This document shows, one piece after another, positions 45,064-54,823 of a stretch of DNA of 64,000 nucleotides. The DNA comes from an uncultured Acidimicrobiales bacterium (GTDB lineage Bacteria > Actinomycetota > Acidimicrobiia > Acidimicrobiales > CATQHL01): positions 152,676 through 216,675 of the forward strand of contig CATQHL010000001.1 in NCBI GenBank assembly GCA_958295925.1, given 5' to 3'. The first letter of the stretch is position 1; each line of letters starts with the position of its first letter. The notes under the pieces are model-generated. The model worked only from the letters and a program-made list of their open reading frames with translations, was not told the origin of the DNA and made no database searches. A program made the translations under genes and the position numbers.

Positions 45064-47157
45064 GTGGCGTGCCCTCCCCGCCTGGCCTCAGCCGCGGCTT
45101 CGCCCTGTGACACCGCCAAGAGCGGCCTTTGGGCGCTCAAGGGGCGGCTGCCAGCCCCAGTGTGTCCACTAACCCCCACAAGGGTGACCACTAGCCTCTT
45201 GGCGGTGGCCTCGCACCTCCCCGACCTGGAAGCCGACAGCCTGGAAGCCCTCGCCCGGGCGGTTGACGCGCTCGGCGATGAGGGGGAGCGCCGGGCGCAG
45301 CAGGAGGAGATGACCGCCGCCGTGTCGAGGGCGATTGTCAATGACGGCCACTTGGCGGTGAGGGCGGGCACCGGCGTCGGCAAGTCCCTGGCATACCTGA
45401 TCCCGGCAGCCCTCTCCGGCCGCAGGACGGTCGTGTCCACCGCCACCCGGGCGCTTCAGGACCAGCTCAACAGGAAAGAGCTTCCCTTTGTGGCCGAACT
45501 CCTTCCCCCCCGCTTTGGGGAGGGGAAGGACCGCCCGCTGCGATGGGTCGTCCTCAAGGGTCGCTCCAACTACCTGTGCCTGCAGCGCCTCGAGGAGGAG
45601 CTTGAAGGCAGGCTTCTGCCGAGCGGCGGGCACGGCTTTCCTGAAGGCGGGCTCGAAACCTTCATCGAGTGGTCGAAGATCACCAGCACCGGCGACCGAA
45701 GCGAGTTCCCCGGCAGGCTGCCCGCCGAAACGTGGGCCCGCTTCAGCGTCTCCTCCAATCAGTGCCCAGGCAGATCCCTCTGCCGGCACGGCTCTCAGTG
45801 CTTCACAGAGCAGTCCCGCAGGCACGCCCGGCAGGCGGATGTCGTGATAGTGAACTCCGCGCTGTTGGCGACCTCCTTGACTGGAACCGAGTCGGTCCCG
45901 TCCCCCGACCTTTTTGTGATTGACGAGGCCCACGCCTTCGCCGAGGTCGTCTCCAGGATTGCAGGCGCCACCCTGCACCATGCCTCCTTCGAAGAGGTGG
46001 CGAAAGCCGCCGAGTCCGTCGAGGAAGGTCTCGGGTCACCCTTGAGGAACTCCGGGGCGCAAATCGCCCAACACCTCGAAAGGCACGCAGGGCAGTCCGT
46101 GAGCCCTGATGAAGCCCCCGACCTCTGGGACGCCCTGATACTGGCCGGCGAGCGCCTCGCGGAAGCCCGCCAAGGCCTCATGGACAACCAGACGATGGAG
46201 CTCATCTTCGACGCCGAGGTCGCCAAGCGGAGCGGAGAGGCCCGCAGGCAGCGCTCCATTGCGACCGCCGGGGCCCTGCGCGAGGAAATCAACCGCTTCC
46301 TCGATCCTGCGGAGGGATGCGCGATGTTCGTGGATCGGCATGCCCACAGCCTGCGCCTCGCCCCCCTCGATGTCTCGGAACTGCTGCAGGACGGCATGTA
46401 CGAGGGCGCAACCGTGATACTCACCTCGGCGACCCTGGACGAGTCAGCGCCGGCCAGCCTCGGGCTTAACGAGGACAGCCACCAGTACCTCGACCTGGGA
46501 AGCCCTTTCGACTACCGAAAGGCGGGGCTGTTCTACTGCGCCGCCCACCTCCCGGGACCGAGGGATGATCCCTTTGTCCGCAACGATGCGCTCGCCGACG
46601 AGCTGGAGGAACTGATCAACGCCGCGGGAGGCCGCACCCTGGCGCTGTTCACAAGTTGGCGGGTTCTGGAGGAGGTGCACGGGAAACTGGAGGGGCGGCT
46701 GCGCTGGCCGCTGTTGAGGCAGCAGACCCACCAGGCCACCCCTGCCGCCGAGTTTCTCAGGGAGTTCGCGGCGAACAAGGACGCCTGCCTATTCGCAACG
46801 ATGTCCTTCTGGCAGGGGGTGGACGTGCCGGGCCCGTCGCTGTCGCTGGTGGCGCTGGACAAGCTGCCGTTCCCACCCATGAATGACCCCCTTATCAACG
46901 CCAGGAGGGACCACGCAGGCCGCGACAGGTCCTTCGCCAAGGTCGACCTGCCACACTGCGCCGTGCTGCTGGCTCAGGGTGCGGGGCGTCTTATCCGCAG
47001 TTCCGGGGACAGGGGGGTGGTGGCGCTGCTTGATCCCCGCCTGCCCAAGGCCGGGTACCGCAACGAGGTCCTAAAGCTGATGCCACCATTCAAGCGGACG
47101 ATCGACAAGGGGGATGTGCTCGCTTTTCTGAGAGGACTCCGCAGGGAAAGCCCCTGA
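45064..47157 (+). CDS. dinG: DinG/XPD-family ATP-dependent DNA helicase (Fe-S type)
   Basis: Walker A GTGVGKSLAYL, DEAH box VIDEAHAF, Cys cluster (YLCLQRL, CPGRSLCRHGSQC) and a helicase C-terminal domain (QGAGRLIRS). The true start is probably downstream of 45064. Confidence 0.85.
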   Translation: MACPPRLASAAASPCDTAKSGLWALKGRLPAPVCPLTPTRVTTSLLAVASHLPDLEADSLEALARAVDALGDEGERRAQQEEMTAAVSRAIVNDGHLAVRAGTGVGKSLAYLIPAALSGRRTVVSTATRALQDQLNRKELPFVAELLPPRFGEGKDRPLRWVVLKGRSNYLCLQRLEEELEGRLLPSGGHGFPEGGLETFIEWSKITSTGDRSEFPGRLPAETWARFSVSSNQCPGRSLCRHGSQCFTEQSRRHARQADVVIVNSALLATSLTGTESVPSPDLFVIDEAHAFAEVVSRIAGATLHHASFEEVAKAAESVEEGLGSPLRNSGAQIAQHLERHAGQSVSPDEAPDLWDALILAGERLAEARQGLMDNQTMELIFDAEVAKRSGEARRQRSIATAGALREEINRFLDPAEGCAMFVDRHAHSLRLAPLDVSELLQDGMYEGATVILTSATLDESAPASLGLNEDSHQYLDLGSPFDYRKAGLFYCAAHLPGPRDDPFVRNDALADELEELINAAGGRTLALFTSWRVLEEVHGKLEGRLRWPLLRQQTHQATPAAEFLREFAANKDACLFATMSFWQGVDVPGPSLSLVALDKLPFPPMNDPLINARRDHAGRDRSFAKVDLPHCAVLLAQGAGRLIRSSGDRGVVALLDPRLPKAGYRNEVLKLMPPFKRTIDKGDVLAFLRGLRRESP

Positions 47158-47264
47158 TCAGGGCGGAGCGGCAAAATCCGACCAGCAAGGCTGCCGCGCA
47201 GCGGCGACATCATCGGCGTGCGCCGGTCCAGGCGGCCCCGGGGCGGAGGCCCGCGGCCGGCGTT

Positions 47265-48125
47265 TCAGCCGAACAGCCGCTTGAGGGCCTCGGGGGAGTT
47301 CTGCCAGTCGCGCTCCACCCTCACCCGCAAGTCCAGATACGCCCCTTCGGGCATCTGCAGGCGCACGGCAGTCCCCACCTTCTTCAGCGTCTCCCCCCTC
47401 TTTCCCACCACGATGCCGCGCTGGGACTCCCGCTCGACGATTATCTCACAGCGGATGTACGGCCATCTCCAGTCTGTGACGCGAGTCAATATTGAATAGG
47501 GCAACTCATCGCGCATTACCGCCAGCAGTTGCTCGCGCACGAGTTCCGCCGTCTCCACCTCGCGGGGAAGGCCGTCCGGCGCGCCCTCCGGGTAGTAGGG
47601 CGGACCGGCCGGCATCAGCCGATCCACGTAGTCGACCAGCAAGTCCAGCCCGTCGCCTGTGAAGGCCGAGACCGGAAAGTAGGCGTCGGCGCCCAAGTCG
47701 CCTGCTGCCTCCAGTTGGCCGAGCACCGCACGGCGCGAGACCTTGTCTATCTTGCTCACCACCACTGCGAATCTCCCCTGCAGCCTCTCTGCCAGGAAAC
47801 GGTCACCCCGGCCGAGGGGGGCGGAGGCGTCGAGGACGAGGCAGGCCACGTCGACGCCCTCTGCCGCCTCCTCTGCGGTGGAGTTGAGGTGGCGGCCAAG
47901 CTCGTTACGGGGCTTGTTTACCCCTGGCGTGTCCACGAGGACGATCTGGCAGCCGGCTCGGTTGAGCACGCCCTGGACGGGGCGCCGCGTGGTTTGCGAC
48001 TTGTCGCTCACAATGCTGACCTTCCGCCCGCAAAGGCGGTTGACGAGCGTGGACTTACCGGCGTTGGGGCGGCCCAGGAAAGCCACGAAACCAGATCGGA
48101 ATTCGGGATCGGCCGCTTCACCCAC
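47265..48125 (-). CDS. era: GTPase Era
   Basis: G1 GRPNAGKST, G3 DTPG and a C-terminal KH domain (GIVVGKRGETLK). Confidence 0.95.
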   Translation of the reverse strand: MGEAADPEFRSGFVAFLGRPNAGKSTLVNRLCGRKVSIVSDKSQTTRRPVQGVLNRAGCQIVLVDTPGVNKPRNELGRHLNSTAEEAAEGVDVACLVLDASAPLGRGDRFLAERLQGRFAVVVSKIDKVSRRAVLGQLEAAGDLGADAYFPVSAFTGDGLDLLVDYVDRLMPAGPPYYPEGAPDGLPREVETAELVREQLLAVMRDELPYSILTRVTDWRWPYIRCEIIVERESQRGIVVGKRGETLKKVGTAVRLQMPEGAYLDLRVRVERDWQNSPEALKRLFG

Positions 48126-48182
48126 CCGGGTTCACCTCGGCTCTCGATGACAGGGCGGGCGCAGGGCGGAAGACCCCGAGCC

Positions 48183-49418
48183 TCAACCTTCGCCGCCTGG
48201 CGCAACCAGCACCCGCGCGATACGCCTTCGCAACACCCGCTCAACCTGAAGCCGGTGGCCGTTCACGTCCAGGCTCTCACCCTCGAGGGGCACCCTGCCC
48301 AGTCGGGTGAAGATGAGCCCCCCGACGGTGCGCCAGCGTCCGGTGGGAAGGTCGGTGCCGAGCAGGTCGGAGAGATCGTCGAGTGGCAGCCGGCCGCTTA
48401 CCCGGAAGCGTCCGGCCCCCAGATCATCCACCAGCACCCTCTCCACGTCGAACTCGTCGGTGATCTCGCCGAAGACCTCCTCCAGCAGGTCTTCGAGCGT
48501 GGCCAGCCCGGCGGTTCCGCCGTACTCGTCGATTACCACGACCATGTGGAAGTGCTCGTTCTGCATCTCCCGCAGCAACTCCGCCGAGCGTTTCGTGTCG
48601 GGCACGAATCTGGCCTCGCGCATCGCCTCGCTCACGGGATCGTCCTCGCCATTGCGCCGCAGAGCCGCTATGAGGTCACGCACGTGTGTTACGCCCTCGA
48701 TGTCGTCGACACCCTTACCGCAGACCGGCAGGCGGGTGAGTCCGTTGAAGAGGGCGACGTCCAAGGCCTCTGCGACGGTGCAGGACATTTCCACCGTAAC
48801 CATGTCGGTGCGGGGAACCATCACCTCACGCACGAGGGTGTCCCCGAAGGAGATCACCGACTCGATGATCTGCTGCTCTGAGACTTCAATGCTGGCGTCC
48901 TCTGCTGCCTGCTCGGCCACGGCCAGAAGCTCCTCCTCCGAGACCTGCTCCCCGTCGTCGCCCTTCTGTCTGAGGACACCGATCGTGCTCAGCAGCCGCC
49001 TCACCGGCGAGAGCAGCCTCAAGGGGCGCAGCAATGGCGCGACCCGGCGAAGCGCCCGCTCCGGATCTGCCCCTGCCAGCGACTTGGGCAGGGCCTCGGC
49101 CAGCAGATACAAGACGCCGACCTGGAGCGCGAAGGCAATCCCCAGCCCGGCAACCCCCCAGCGGGGCAGTGCCCACCATGCGATGAGCGCAGCCACCCCC
49201 AGCTGCGAGACAAGGGCGAACAGCAGCACCCAGGCAAGGGCCTCACGGCGATGCCTCAGCAGCCAGGCGAGCATGCCGCCCTCCTCGCTCTCGTCAATGA
49301 GGACGCGGCAGCGGGTACGGCTGAGTCGCGTGAGGCTGGTCTCGGCCACCGCAAGGATCGCGGCGAGGAGGGTAAGCGCCGCAACACCCGCAAGCGCAAG
49401 TGTCTCCCAGCCGCTCAT
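48183..49418 (-). CDS. CNNM/hemolysin-family membrane protein (DUF21 + CBS pair + CorC_HlyC)
   Basis: N-terminal TM block, CBS-pair region (VREVMVPRTDM ...) and a CorC_HlyC tail. I set the start at ATG 49418, which overlaps the ybeY stop (ATGA). The longest ORF reaches 49595. Confidence 0.88.
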   Translation of the reverse strand: MSGWETLALAGVAALTLLAAILAVAETSLTRLSRTRCRVLIDESEEGGMLAWLLRHRREALAWVLLFALVSQLGVAALIAWWALPRWGVAGLGIAFALQVGVLYLLAEALPKSLAGADPERALRRVAPLLRPLRLLSPVRRLLSTIGVLRQKGDDGEQVSEEELLAVAEQAAEDASIEVSEQQIIESVISFGDTLVREVMVPRTDMVTVEMSCTVAEALDVALFNGLTRLPVCGKGVDDIEGVTHVRDLIAALRRNGEDDPVSEAMREARFVPDTKRSAELLREMQNEHFHMVVVIDEYGGTAGLATLEDLLEEVFGEITDEFDVERVLVDDLGAGRFRVSGRLPLDDLSDLLGTDLPTGRWRTVGGLIFTRLGRVPLEGESLDVNGHRLQVERVLRRRIARVLVAPGGEG

Positions 49419-49999
49419 TGGGCGTGCAGCCTCGCCAGGACGGCGCTCGTCTGCGCCCGCATCGCCTCGGCCTCCTGCTCTTCGGCGTGGTCGTACCCGA
49501 ACAGGTGCAGCACGCCGTGAACCACCAGCAAGGCCACCTCGTCTGCAAGTCGCCGCCTCGCGGACGCGGCTTGGCGGGCGGCCACGTCCGGGCACACCAC
49601 CACGTCTCCCAGCATCAACGGAGGGGTGGGGCCTGCCGTCTGACCGTGGGCTGCGAAATCCGCCGCATCGATCGGGAAAGCCAGAACGTCGGTGGGGAGG
49701 TTGCTGCCAAGGTGCCTTCCCGCCAGTTCCGCCATTGCATCGGCGTCAACGAAACTGAGCCCCATCTCGGCGTCAACGTCAATTCCCCTGTCGCTCCCAA
49801 CACCTGCCGCCGCCCCCCCGGCGAGCAGTCCCCAGCGGGCGAGGTCGAGAGGCAGGGAGGCGGGCATGCCCCGATTGTCGGCGACTTCCACTGCGACCCT
49901 CCCGACGCGGAGCTCCAGCCGCATCCCATCCTCGACGCGACGACCGTCGCCCCCCGGCTTGCGCCCCTTCGGGTGCGGATCGTTCATCGGGGATGTCAA
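49415..49999 (-). CDS. ybeY: rRNA maturation endoribonuclease YbeY
   Basis: Zinc motif HGVLHLFGYDH. The start may be the internal ATG at 49924. Confidence 0.92.
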   Translation of the reverse strand: MTSPMNDPHPKGRKPGGDGRRVEDGMRLELRVGRVAVEVADNRGMPASLPLDLARWGLLAGGAAAGVGSDRGIDVDAEMGLSFVDADAMAELAGRHLGSNLPTDVLAFPIDAADFAAHGQTAGPTPPLMLGDVVVCPDVAARQAASARRRLADEVALLVVHGVLHLFGYDHAEEQEAEAMRAQTSAVLARLHAQ

Positions 50000-50092
50000 T
50001 GCGGGGCTGTCGGCGGAAATCTCATCAAGTGCCTCGACGTGAAAAGATCGGGGATGATTCGACGGAACAGTTCAGGATTCTCCTCAGCAATG

Positions 50093-51052
50093 TCAGGAAC
50101 TGCTGCGGGCGTCTTCGGTTTCCACCTTGTCGTAGGCGTTCACGATGTCGGAGACAATGGCGTGCCTGACCACGTCCCGGCTGCTGAGATGCACGAAGCT
50201 GACCCCCTCCACACCCCCCAATATAGGCTCAAGCCCCAGCAGGCCGCTACGCCCTCCGGCAACGTCCACCTGCGTCACGTCGCCCGTGACGACAGCCTTG
50301 GAGCCGAATCCGATGCGGGTTAGGAACATCTTCATCTGCCGGGGCGTGGTGTTCTGCGCCTCGTCGAGGATGATGAAACTCCTGTTCAGCGTGCGCCCGC
50401 GCATGAACGCAAGGGGCGCCACCTCCACCACTTCCCGCTCAAAGAGTTGCCTTGTGTCCGGTACGCCAAGCATGTCGTAGAGGGCGTCGTAGAGGGGACG
50501 CAGGTAGGGGTCGACCTTTGCCGTGAGGTCGCCCGGCAGAAAGCCCAGGCTCTCCCCTGCCTCCACCGCAGGGCGGGTGAGGATGATCCTCTCCACCTCC
50601 CGCTCCCGAAGGGCGTTGATGCCCGCCGCCACGGCGAGCCAGCTCTTCCCCGTGCCGGCAGGCCCGATTGCGAACGTCACAACATTCGAGCCGATTGCGT
50701 CCACGTAGCGCTTTTGACCCCGCGAGCGTGGCCGCACCGCAGACCCGCCGGATCGCCGCAGAACCTCGTGCCCGAGGATTTCCTGCGGGTCCTCGTCGGC
50801 TGCGACCAGGTCGATTACGTGCACGACGCTGCGGGTGTCGACGGCCTGACCCTCCTGGAGCAGTCGCATCAGCTCCTCGAGCACCCGGGCCACGCCGTGG
50901 GACTCTGCGCCGGTGGCGGTGATCTCGTTGCCCCTTGCGTGGATGCCCACACCGGGGAAGGCCGCCTCCAGCAGGCGCAGGTTGCGATCTTCCGGCCCCA
51001 GCAAGGCGGCGAGCAGATGCGGCCCTGGGACGGTGAGCCGTATTCGACTCAC
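50093..51052 (-). CDS. phoH: PhoH-family ATPase
   Basis: Walker A GPAGTGKSWLAVA, ILDEAQN and TGDVTQVD. Confidence 0.93.
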   Translation of the reverse strand: MSRIRLTVPGPHLLAALLGPEDRNLRLLEAAFPGVGIHARGNEITATGAESHGVARVLEELMRLLQEGQAVDTRSVVHVIDLVAADEDPQEILGHEVLRRSGGSAVRPRSRGQKRYVDAIGSNVVTFAIGPAGTGKSWLAVAAGINALREREVERIILTRPAVEAGESLGFLPGDLTAKVDPYLRPLYDALYDMLGVPDTRQLFEREVVEVAPLAFMRGRTLNRSFIILDEAQNTTPRQMKMFLTRIGFGSKAVVTGDVTQVDVAGGRSGLLGLEPILGGVEGVSFVHLSSRDVVRHAIVSDIVNAYDKVETEDARSSS

Positions 51053-51142
51053 ACCCTGAGCGTCATCCTCCCTGGCGCTCCTGTCGGGAGGGGAAGCAAA
51101 GGCGCTTGCCGTTGCTTCCTGTGCCGGCGACAGTTGGCGAAC

Positions 51143-51433
51143 CTACTGGGTCTGCTGCGGATCGGGGTAAAGGTGCTTGAGAGTCCCAGGAATGATCCGG
51201 CATGCTTCGATGAACTCCTCGATGTCGCGTCTCTTCACACGAATGACCCGTCCAAACCGGTAGCCGGTCAGCAGCCCCTCGTCGATGAAGCGATACAGGG
51301 TTCGAGAGCTCACGCTGAGCATTTCAGCGGCCTTTCCTGAACTCAACCATTCTGATAGCATCTTATCTTTAGGCATGACTGTAAGTATAGCGGACATTAC
51401 ACCAGCTTTGTGGATTTTCCGATAATACACCAA
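51143..51433 (-). CDS. Excisionase-family (MerR-like HTH_17) DNA-binding protein
   Basis: AAEMLSVSSRTLYRFIDEGLLTGYRFGRVIRVKRRDIEEFIE matches the Xis-type helix-turn-helix pattern. The 5' part and upstream region are distinctly AT-richer than their surroundings. The start may be ATG 51376. Confidence 0.7.
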   Translation of the reverse strand: MVYYRKIHKAGVMSAILTVMPKDKMLSEWLSSGKAAEMLSVSSRTLYRFIDEGLLTGYRFGRVIRVKRRDIEEFIEACRIIPGTLKHLYPDPQQTQ

Positions 51434-51491
51434 TTTCAGCAGAATACGCTGTTCGATTCAGCTGAGAGGCGGGGGCGCCGCCCGGTCTGGC

Positions 51492-52472
51492 CTACTCGGC
51501 GATGACAAGCAGAATCTTTCCGAAGTTGGCGTTGGACTCCATCCACCGATGCGCCTCTGCCGCTTTCGAGAGGGGGTAGCGGGAGTCGATCACCGGGTGC
51601 AGCAGGCCACTGTCAAAGAGCGGCAGCACCTCGGCCGCGAACCTTCTGCTGAGGGTGATCTTCTCCTCGAGAGGTCGGGAGCGCAGCGCAGTCCCGATCA
51701 GGTGAACCCTCTTGGAGAGCAGCTTCCCGAGCGACACGCGGGCGCCTCCACCGGCCAGCAGCCCCACCTGAAGAATGCGCCCGCCCACGCGCACGGCCTC
51801 AAGATTGCGGTTCACGTACTCGCCGCCCAGCACGTCGAGCACAACGTCGGCCCCGCGCCCGGAGGTGAACCCCCTCACCGCCTCCACGAAGTCGTCGGCT
51901 GCGTAGTCGAGCGCCAGATCCGCCCCCAGGGCGCTGCAGAGTTCCGTCTTGCGTGCCGAGGAGGTGGTGACGATGCTCGCCCCGAGGGCCTTTACCAGCT
52001 GAATGGCTGCGCTCCCCACGCCCGAGCCGCCTCCATGCACCAGCGCCGTCCTCCCTGAAGTGAGCCCCCCCTGACAGACGAGGGCGTCGAAGGCTGTGAT
52101 CCAGACTTCCGGGATGGCGGCTGCATCCAGGGTGGGCGTCCCCTCCGGCACGGTCATGGCAACCCGCTCATGCACGGTCAGCTGCTCCGCATACCCGCCC
52201 GCCGACACCAGTCCCATCACCGAGTCGCCAACCGAATGCTCTTGTACTCTGCCCCCGACGGCGGCCACCGAGCCGGCGAACTCCAGGCCTGGTATGTCGA
52301 ACTCAGCCGGCGGGCCAGGGTGGAGACCCATCCGCTGCAGCACGTCCGCCCTGTTCACTGCGGTGGCGGCCACGTCCACGAGGATCTCCTCCGGGCCTGG
52401 GACGGGTGCCGGCACCTCACGGGGCACGAGCATCTCGCATCCCCCGTAGCCGGCGAGTGTTATGGCCTTCAC
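51492..52472 (-). CDS. NAD(P)H:quinone oxidoreductase (MDR superfamily, PIG3/Qor type)
   Basis: VNRADVLQRMG and cofactor loop HGGGSGVGSAAIQL. Confidence 0.88.
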   Translation of the reverse strand: MKAITLAGYGGCEMLVPREVPAPVPGPEEILVDVAATAVNRADVLQRMGLHPGPPAEFDIPGLEFAGSVAAVGGRVQEHSVGDSVMGLVSAGGYAEQLTVHERVAMTVPEGTPTLDAAAIPEVWITAFDALVCQGGLTSGRTALVHGGGSGVGSAAIQLVKALGASIVTTSSARKTELCSALGADLALDYAADDFVEAVRGFTSGRGADVVLDVLGGEYVNRNLEAVRVGGRILQVGLLAGGGARVSLGKLLSKRVHLIGTALRSRPLEEKITLSRRFAAEVLPLFDSGLLHPVIDSRYPLSKAAEAHRWMESNANFGKILLVIAE

Positions 52473-53374
52473 CGCTGAAGCTTACGGGTGGGCCTGCCGG
52501 AGCTGACGACGCCAAGGAGCATGCGGGCGCCGATGAGGATCATCAAAACGGCGATCAGCACGCTGGAAAGACGAGGATCCAGCTCTCCGGCGAGCGTGGC
52601 CCCGCCGAAAGCCGACGCCGCCCCGGCGCATCCGGTGAGCAGCGCACCCCGTGCGTCCACGTTGCGATATTTCCAGTTGCGGCAGCTCCCGATGGCCGCT
52701 GTCACCAGCACGACCGTGAGGGAGGTGCCCTTGGCCAAGAGTTCGCTCATTTCGAAAAAGAAGACAAGCCCAGGGACAATGAGTATCCCCCCGCCGATTC
52801 CCAGCAGGCCGGCCAAGATCCCCACCCCGACACCCAGCACCACCAGAGCGGCCACTCTCAGCGCCGTGAGGTCCACGGCACCCCTTCCGACCGGTATGCC
52901 ACCCAGGAAGCGCCCTGCGGCGGCCCCCAGCAGCAGGGAGAACCCGAGCTGAAGGCCGCGTGTGGGAGCGCTCTGAAGCAGCCGGGTGCCGGCTACTACG
53001 CCTGTCGCCGAGCCTGCAATGATGATCAGGGCGTACGTCAGGTTGACGTGGCCCTCGTAGGCGTAGACCGCCACGCCCGCAGAGGCAAAGAGGACAGTGG
53101 CGGCCAGGGAGGTCCCGTGCGCCCGGCGCTGCGACAAGCCGGCGAAGTAGACCAGGCCGGGCACCATGAGAATTCCGCCCCCCACGCCGAACAGCCCCGA
53201 CAGAAAGCCGGCGCAAAGGCCGACGGGGGCGAACCGAAGCCAGGATGCCTGCCCGCCTGAGGGGTTCAGGGAAAGGCGACGAGAGAACGGGCCGGGTCTC
53301 AGGAACCTGGCCAGTTTCTTTCGTAACGGGAAACCAGCCAGCGGTTGAATTGAACCAGGGTCTCCTCCTGCCAT
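52469..53374 (-). CDS. TauE/SafE-family anion (sulfite) exporter
   Basis: Repeated GLFGVGGGILMVPGL and GLLGIGGGILIVPGL motifs in a polytopic protein. The start probably lies downstream of the Rieske gene stop (53299). Confidence 0.8.
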   Translation of the reverse strand: MAGGDPGSIQPLAGFPLRKKLARFLRPGPFSRRLSLNPSGGQASWLRFAPVGLCAGFLSGLFGVGGGILMVPGLVYFAGLSQRRAHGTSLAATVLFASAGVAVYAYEGHVNLTYALIIIAGSATGVVAGTRLLQSAPTRGLQLGFSLLLGAAAGRFLGGIPVGRGAVDLTALRVAALVVLGVGVGILAGLLGIGGGILIVPGLVFFFEMSELLAKGTSLTVVLVTAAIGSCRNWKYRNVDARGALLTGCAGAASAFGGATLAGELDPRLSSVLIAVLMILIGARMLLGVVSSGRPTRKLQR

Positions 53375-54462
53375 GAGTACCTGCCCCTGGGGGCAAACAC
53401 CGAGTTGAGGCCCACCTGCACCATCGTGTCGGCGTAGACGTCCTGGACGTTGAAGTTGTTCACACCCTGCTCCGCCTGCTCAAAGAGATACTCAAAAAGA
53501 GGGTCCCTCAGCGCCGAAGGCTCGAGGCAGTAACCGATGTGGATGCTGATCTCGCCCGGCCCGTCGGGGCTGATGATGAAGTAGGCGACCTCGTCAGGCA
53601 CGATCGCCAGGGAGAGCGTGGGCGGGATGAGGACGAACGAGCCCCTCTTGCGCTGTTCGGGGGTGAGACCTGAGAAGACGGGCAGCAGGCACTTCTGCGA
53701 CGGGTTGAAGGAGCTGTCGATCTCGGTGAAGTGCTGGATGCGTGCTATGGCGCCGTCGTCGTCGTCCCACTCCAGGAAGTCGTTCATGTGGCTTGGGGCA
53801 AAGGTTTGAAGGGGGCCGTGCAGGCGGCTGGCGTGGTAGGGGTCGTTGAAGTTCTCCATCATCACCTTCCAGTTCCAAGGCAGGTTGGAAAGCGTCTTTC
53901 CGGTGCGGGTTACGGTGTCGGGGAGGTTGAAGTTCTCCAGAATCTCGTCGACCTTTGCCAGGCGCGGCCCCAGCGGGCGGGCGTCGGCGTTGAAGTTGCA
54001 GAACACGAAGCCCTGCCAGATCTCGGTCTTGAGCCTTGGCAGGCCGCAGGCGGACTTGTCGAAGCCAACCGCCCGATCCATAGCCGGGGCGCCGAGGAGA
54101 TCGCCGTCGAGGGCGTACGTCCAGTGGTGATACGGGCAGATGAAACGCCGGGTGTTGCCGCCGCCCTCAACCACCACCATCCCCCGGTGCTGACAGACCG
54201 CCGAGAGCACCAGCAGTTCCCCCTCCGGGTTTCGCACCAGAATCAGCGGCTCGCCCGCGATGGTGATGCACCGGTAGTCGCCGGGGTCTGGCACCTGATC
54301 GACCCTTCCCACGCACAGCCACTCCCGCTGAAAAATGGCTCGTCTCTCGAACTCGTAGAACTCCCCTGAGGTGTAGATGACCGGGGGCAGCAGGCAGGCT
54401 TCGTTGATCGGCTTCACCGACCCCGTGAATGACTCCCGCAACTCTGAGGTGAGGACGCTCAC
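53299..54462 (-). CDS. Rieske non-heme iron oxygenase, alpha subunit
   Basis: Rieske motif CQHRG...CPYHHW and a mononuclear iron region NDPYHASRLH. Confidence 0.85.
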   Translation of the reverse strand: MSVLTSELRESFTGSVKPINEACLLPPVIYTSGEFYEFERRAIFQREWLCVGRVDQVPDPGDYRCITIAGEPLILVRNPEGELLVLSAVCQHRGMVVVEGGGNTRRFICPYHHWTYALDGDLLGAPAMDRAVGFDKSACGLPRLKTEIWQGFVFCNFNADARPLGPRLAKVDEILENFNLPDTVTRTGKTLSNLPWNWKVMMENFNDPYHASRLHGPLQTFAPSHMNDFLEWDDDDGAIARIQHFTEIDSSFNPSQKCLLPVFSGLTPEQRKRGSFVLIPPTLSLAIVPDEVAYFIISPDGPGEISIHIGYCLEPSALRDPLFEYLFEQAEQGVNNFNVQDVYADTMVQVGLNSVFAPRGRYSWQEETLVQFNRWLVSRYERNWPGS

Positions 54463-54491
54463 TGTCGTCTCCTTTCGCAGCTGATTGTTGA

Positions 54492-54785
54492 CTAAGGGTG
54501 GTAGTGGATGAAGAGATCCTCGATGAGTTCCTTGATTCCCTGAGAGAATGCCCCCTTGCTCAGTTCAAGCGTCACGACGTTGGAGTGGATGTGGATGCGG
54601 TCGATCTCGAACTCCTCGAACAGGCGGCGCGCCAACTCGTCGGGAGGACGCCCCAGGGTGCCCGGGGGAGGATCCTCGTAGGTCTCGTGCCCCATGCCGG
54701 TGAGCGATCGGTTGAGCTCGAAGCGAAGAATGCCCGGGCGGGACGAGGGCTTCTGGACGACGGTTACGGGCTGGCCCACAGCCAA
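54492..54785 (-). CDS. Small Nfu_N-like (NifU N-terminal-type) domain protein, tentative
   Basis: The pattern RPGILRFELN ... LARRLFE ... IHIHSNVVTLEL ... IEDLF resembles the Nfu/NifU N-terminal scaffold fold. This is a weak call made by eye. Confidence 0.35.
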   Translation of the reverse strand: MAVGQPVTVVQKPSSRPGILRFELNRSLTGMGHETYEDPPPGTLGRPPDELARRLFEEFEIDRIHIHSNVVTLELSKGAFSQGIKELIEDLFIHYHP

Positions 54786-54823
54786 ATCATACCTGAACCC
54801 CTGAGGGGGCTAGATTTCGCCGT

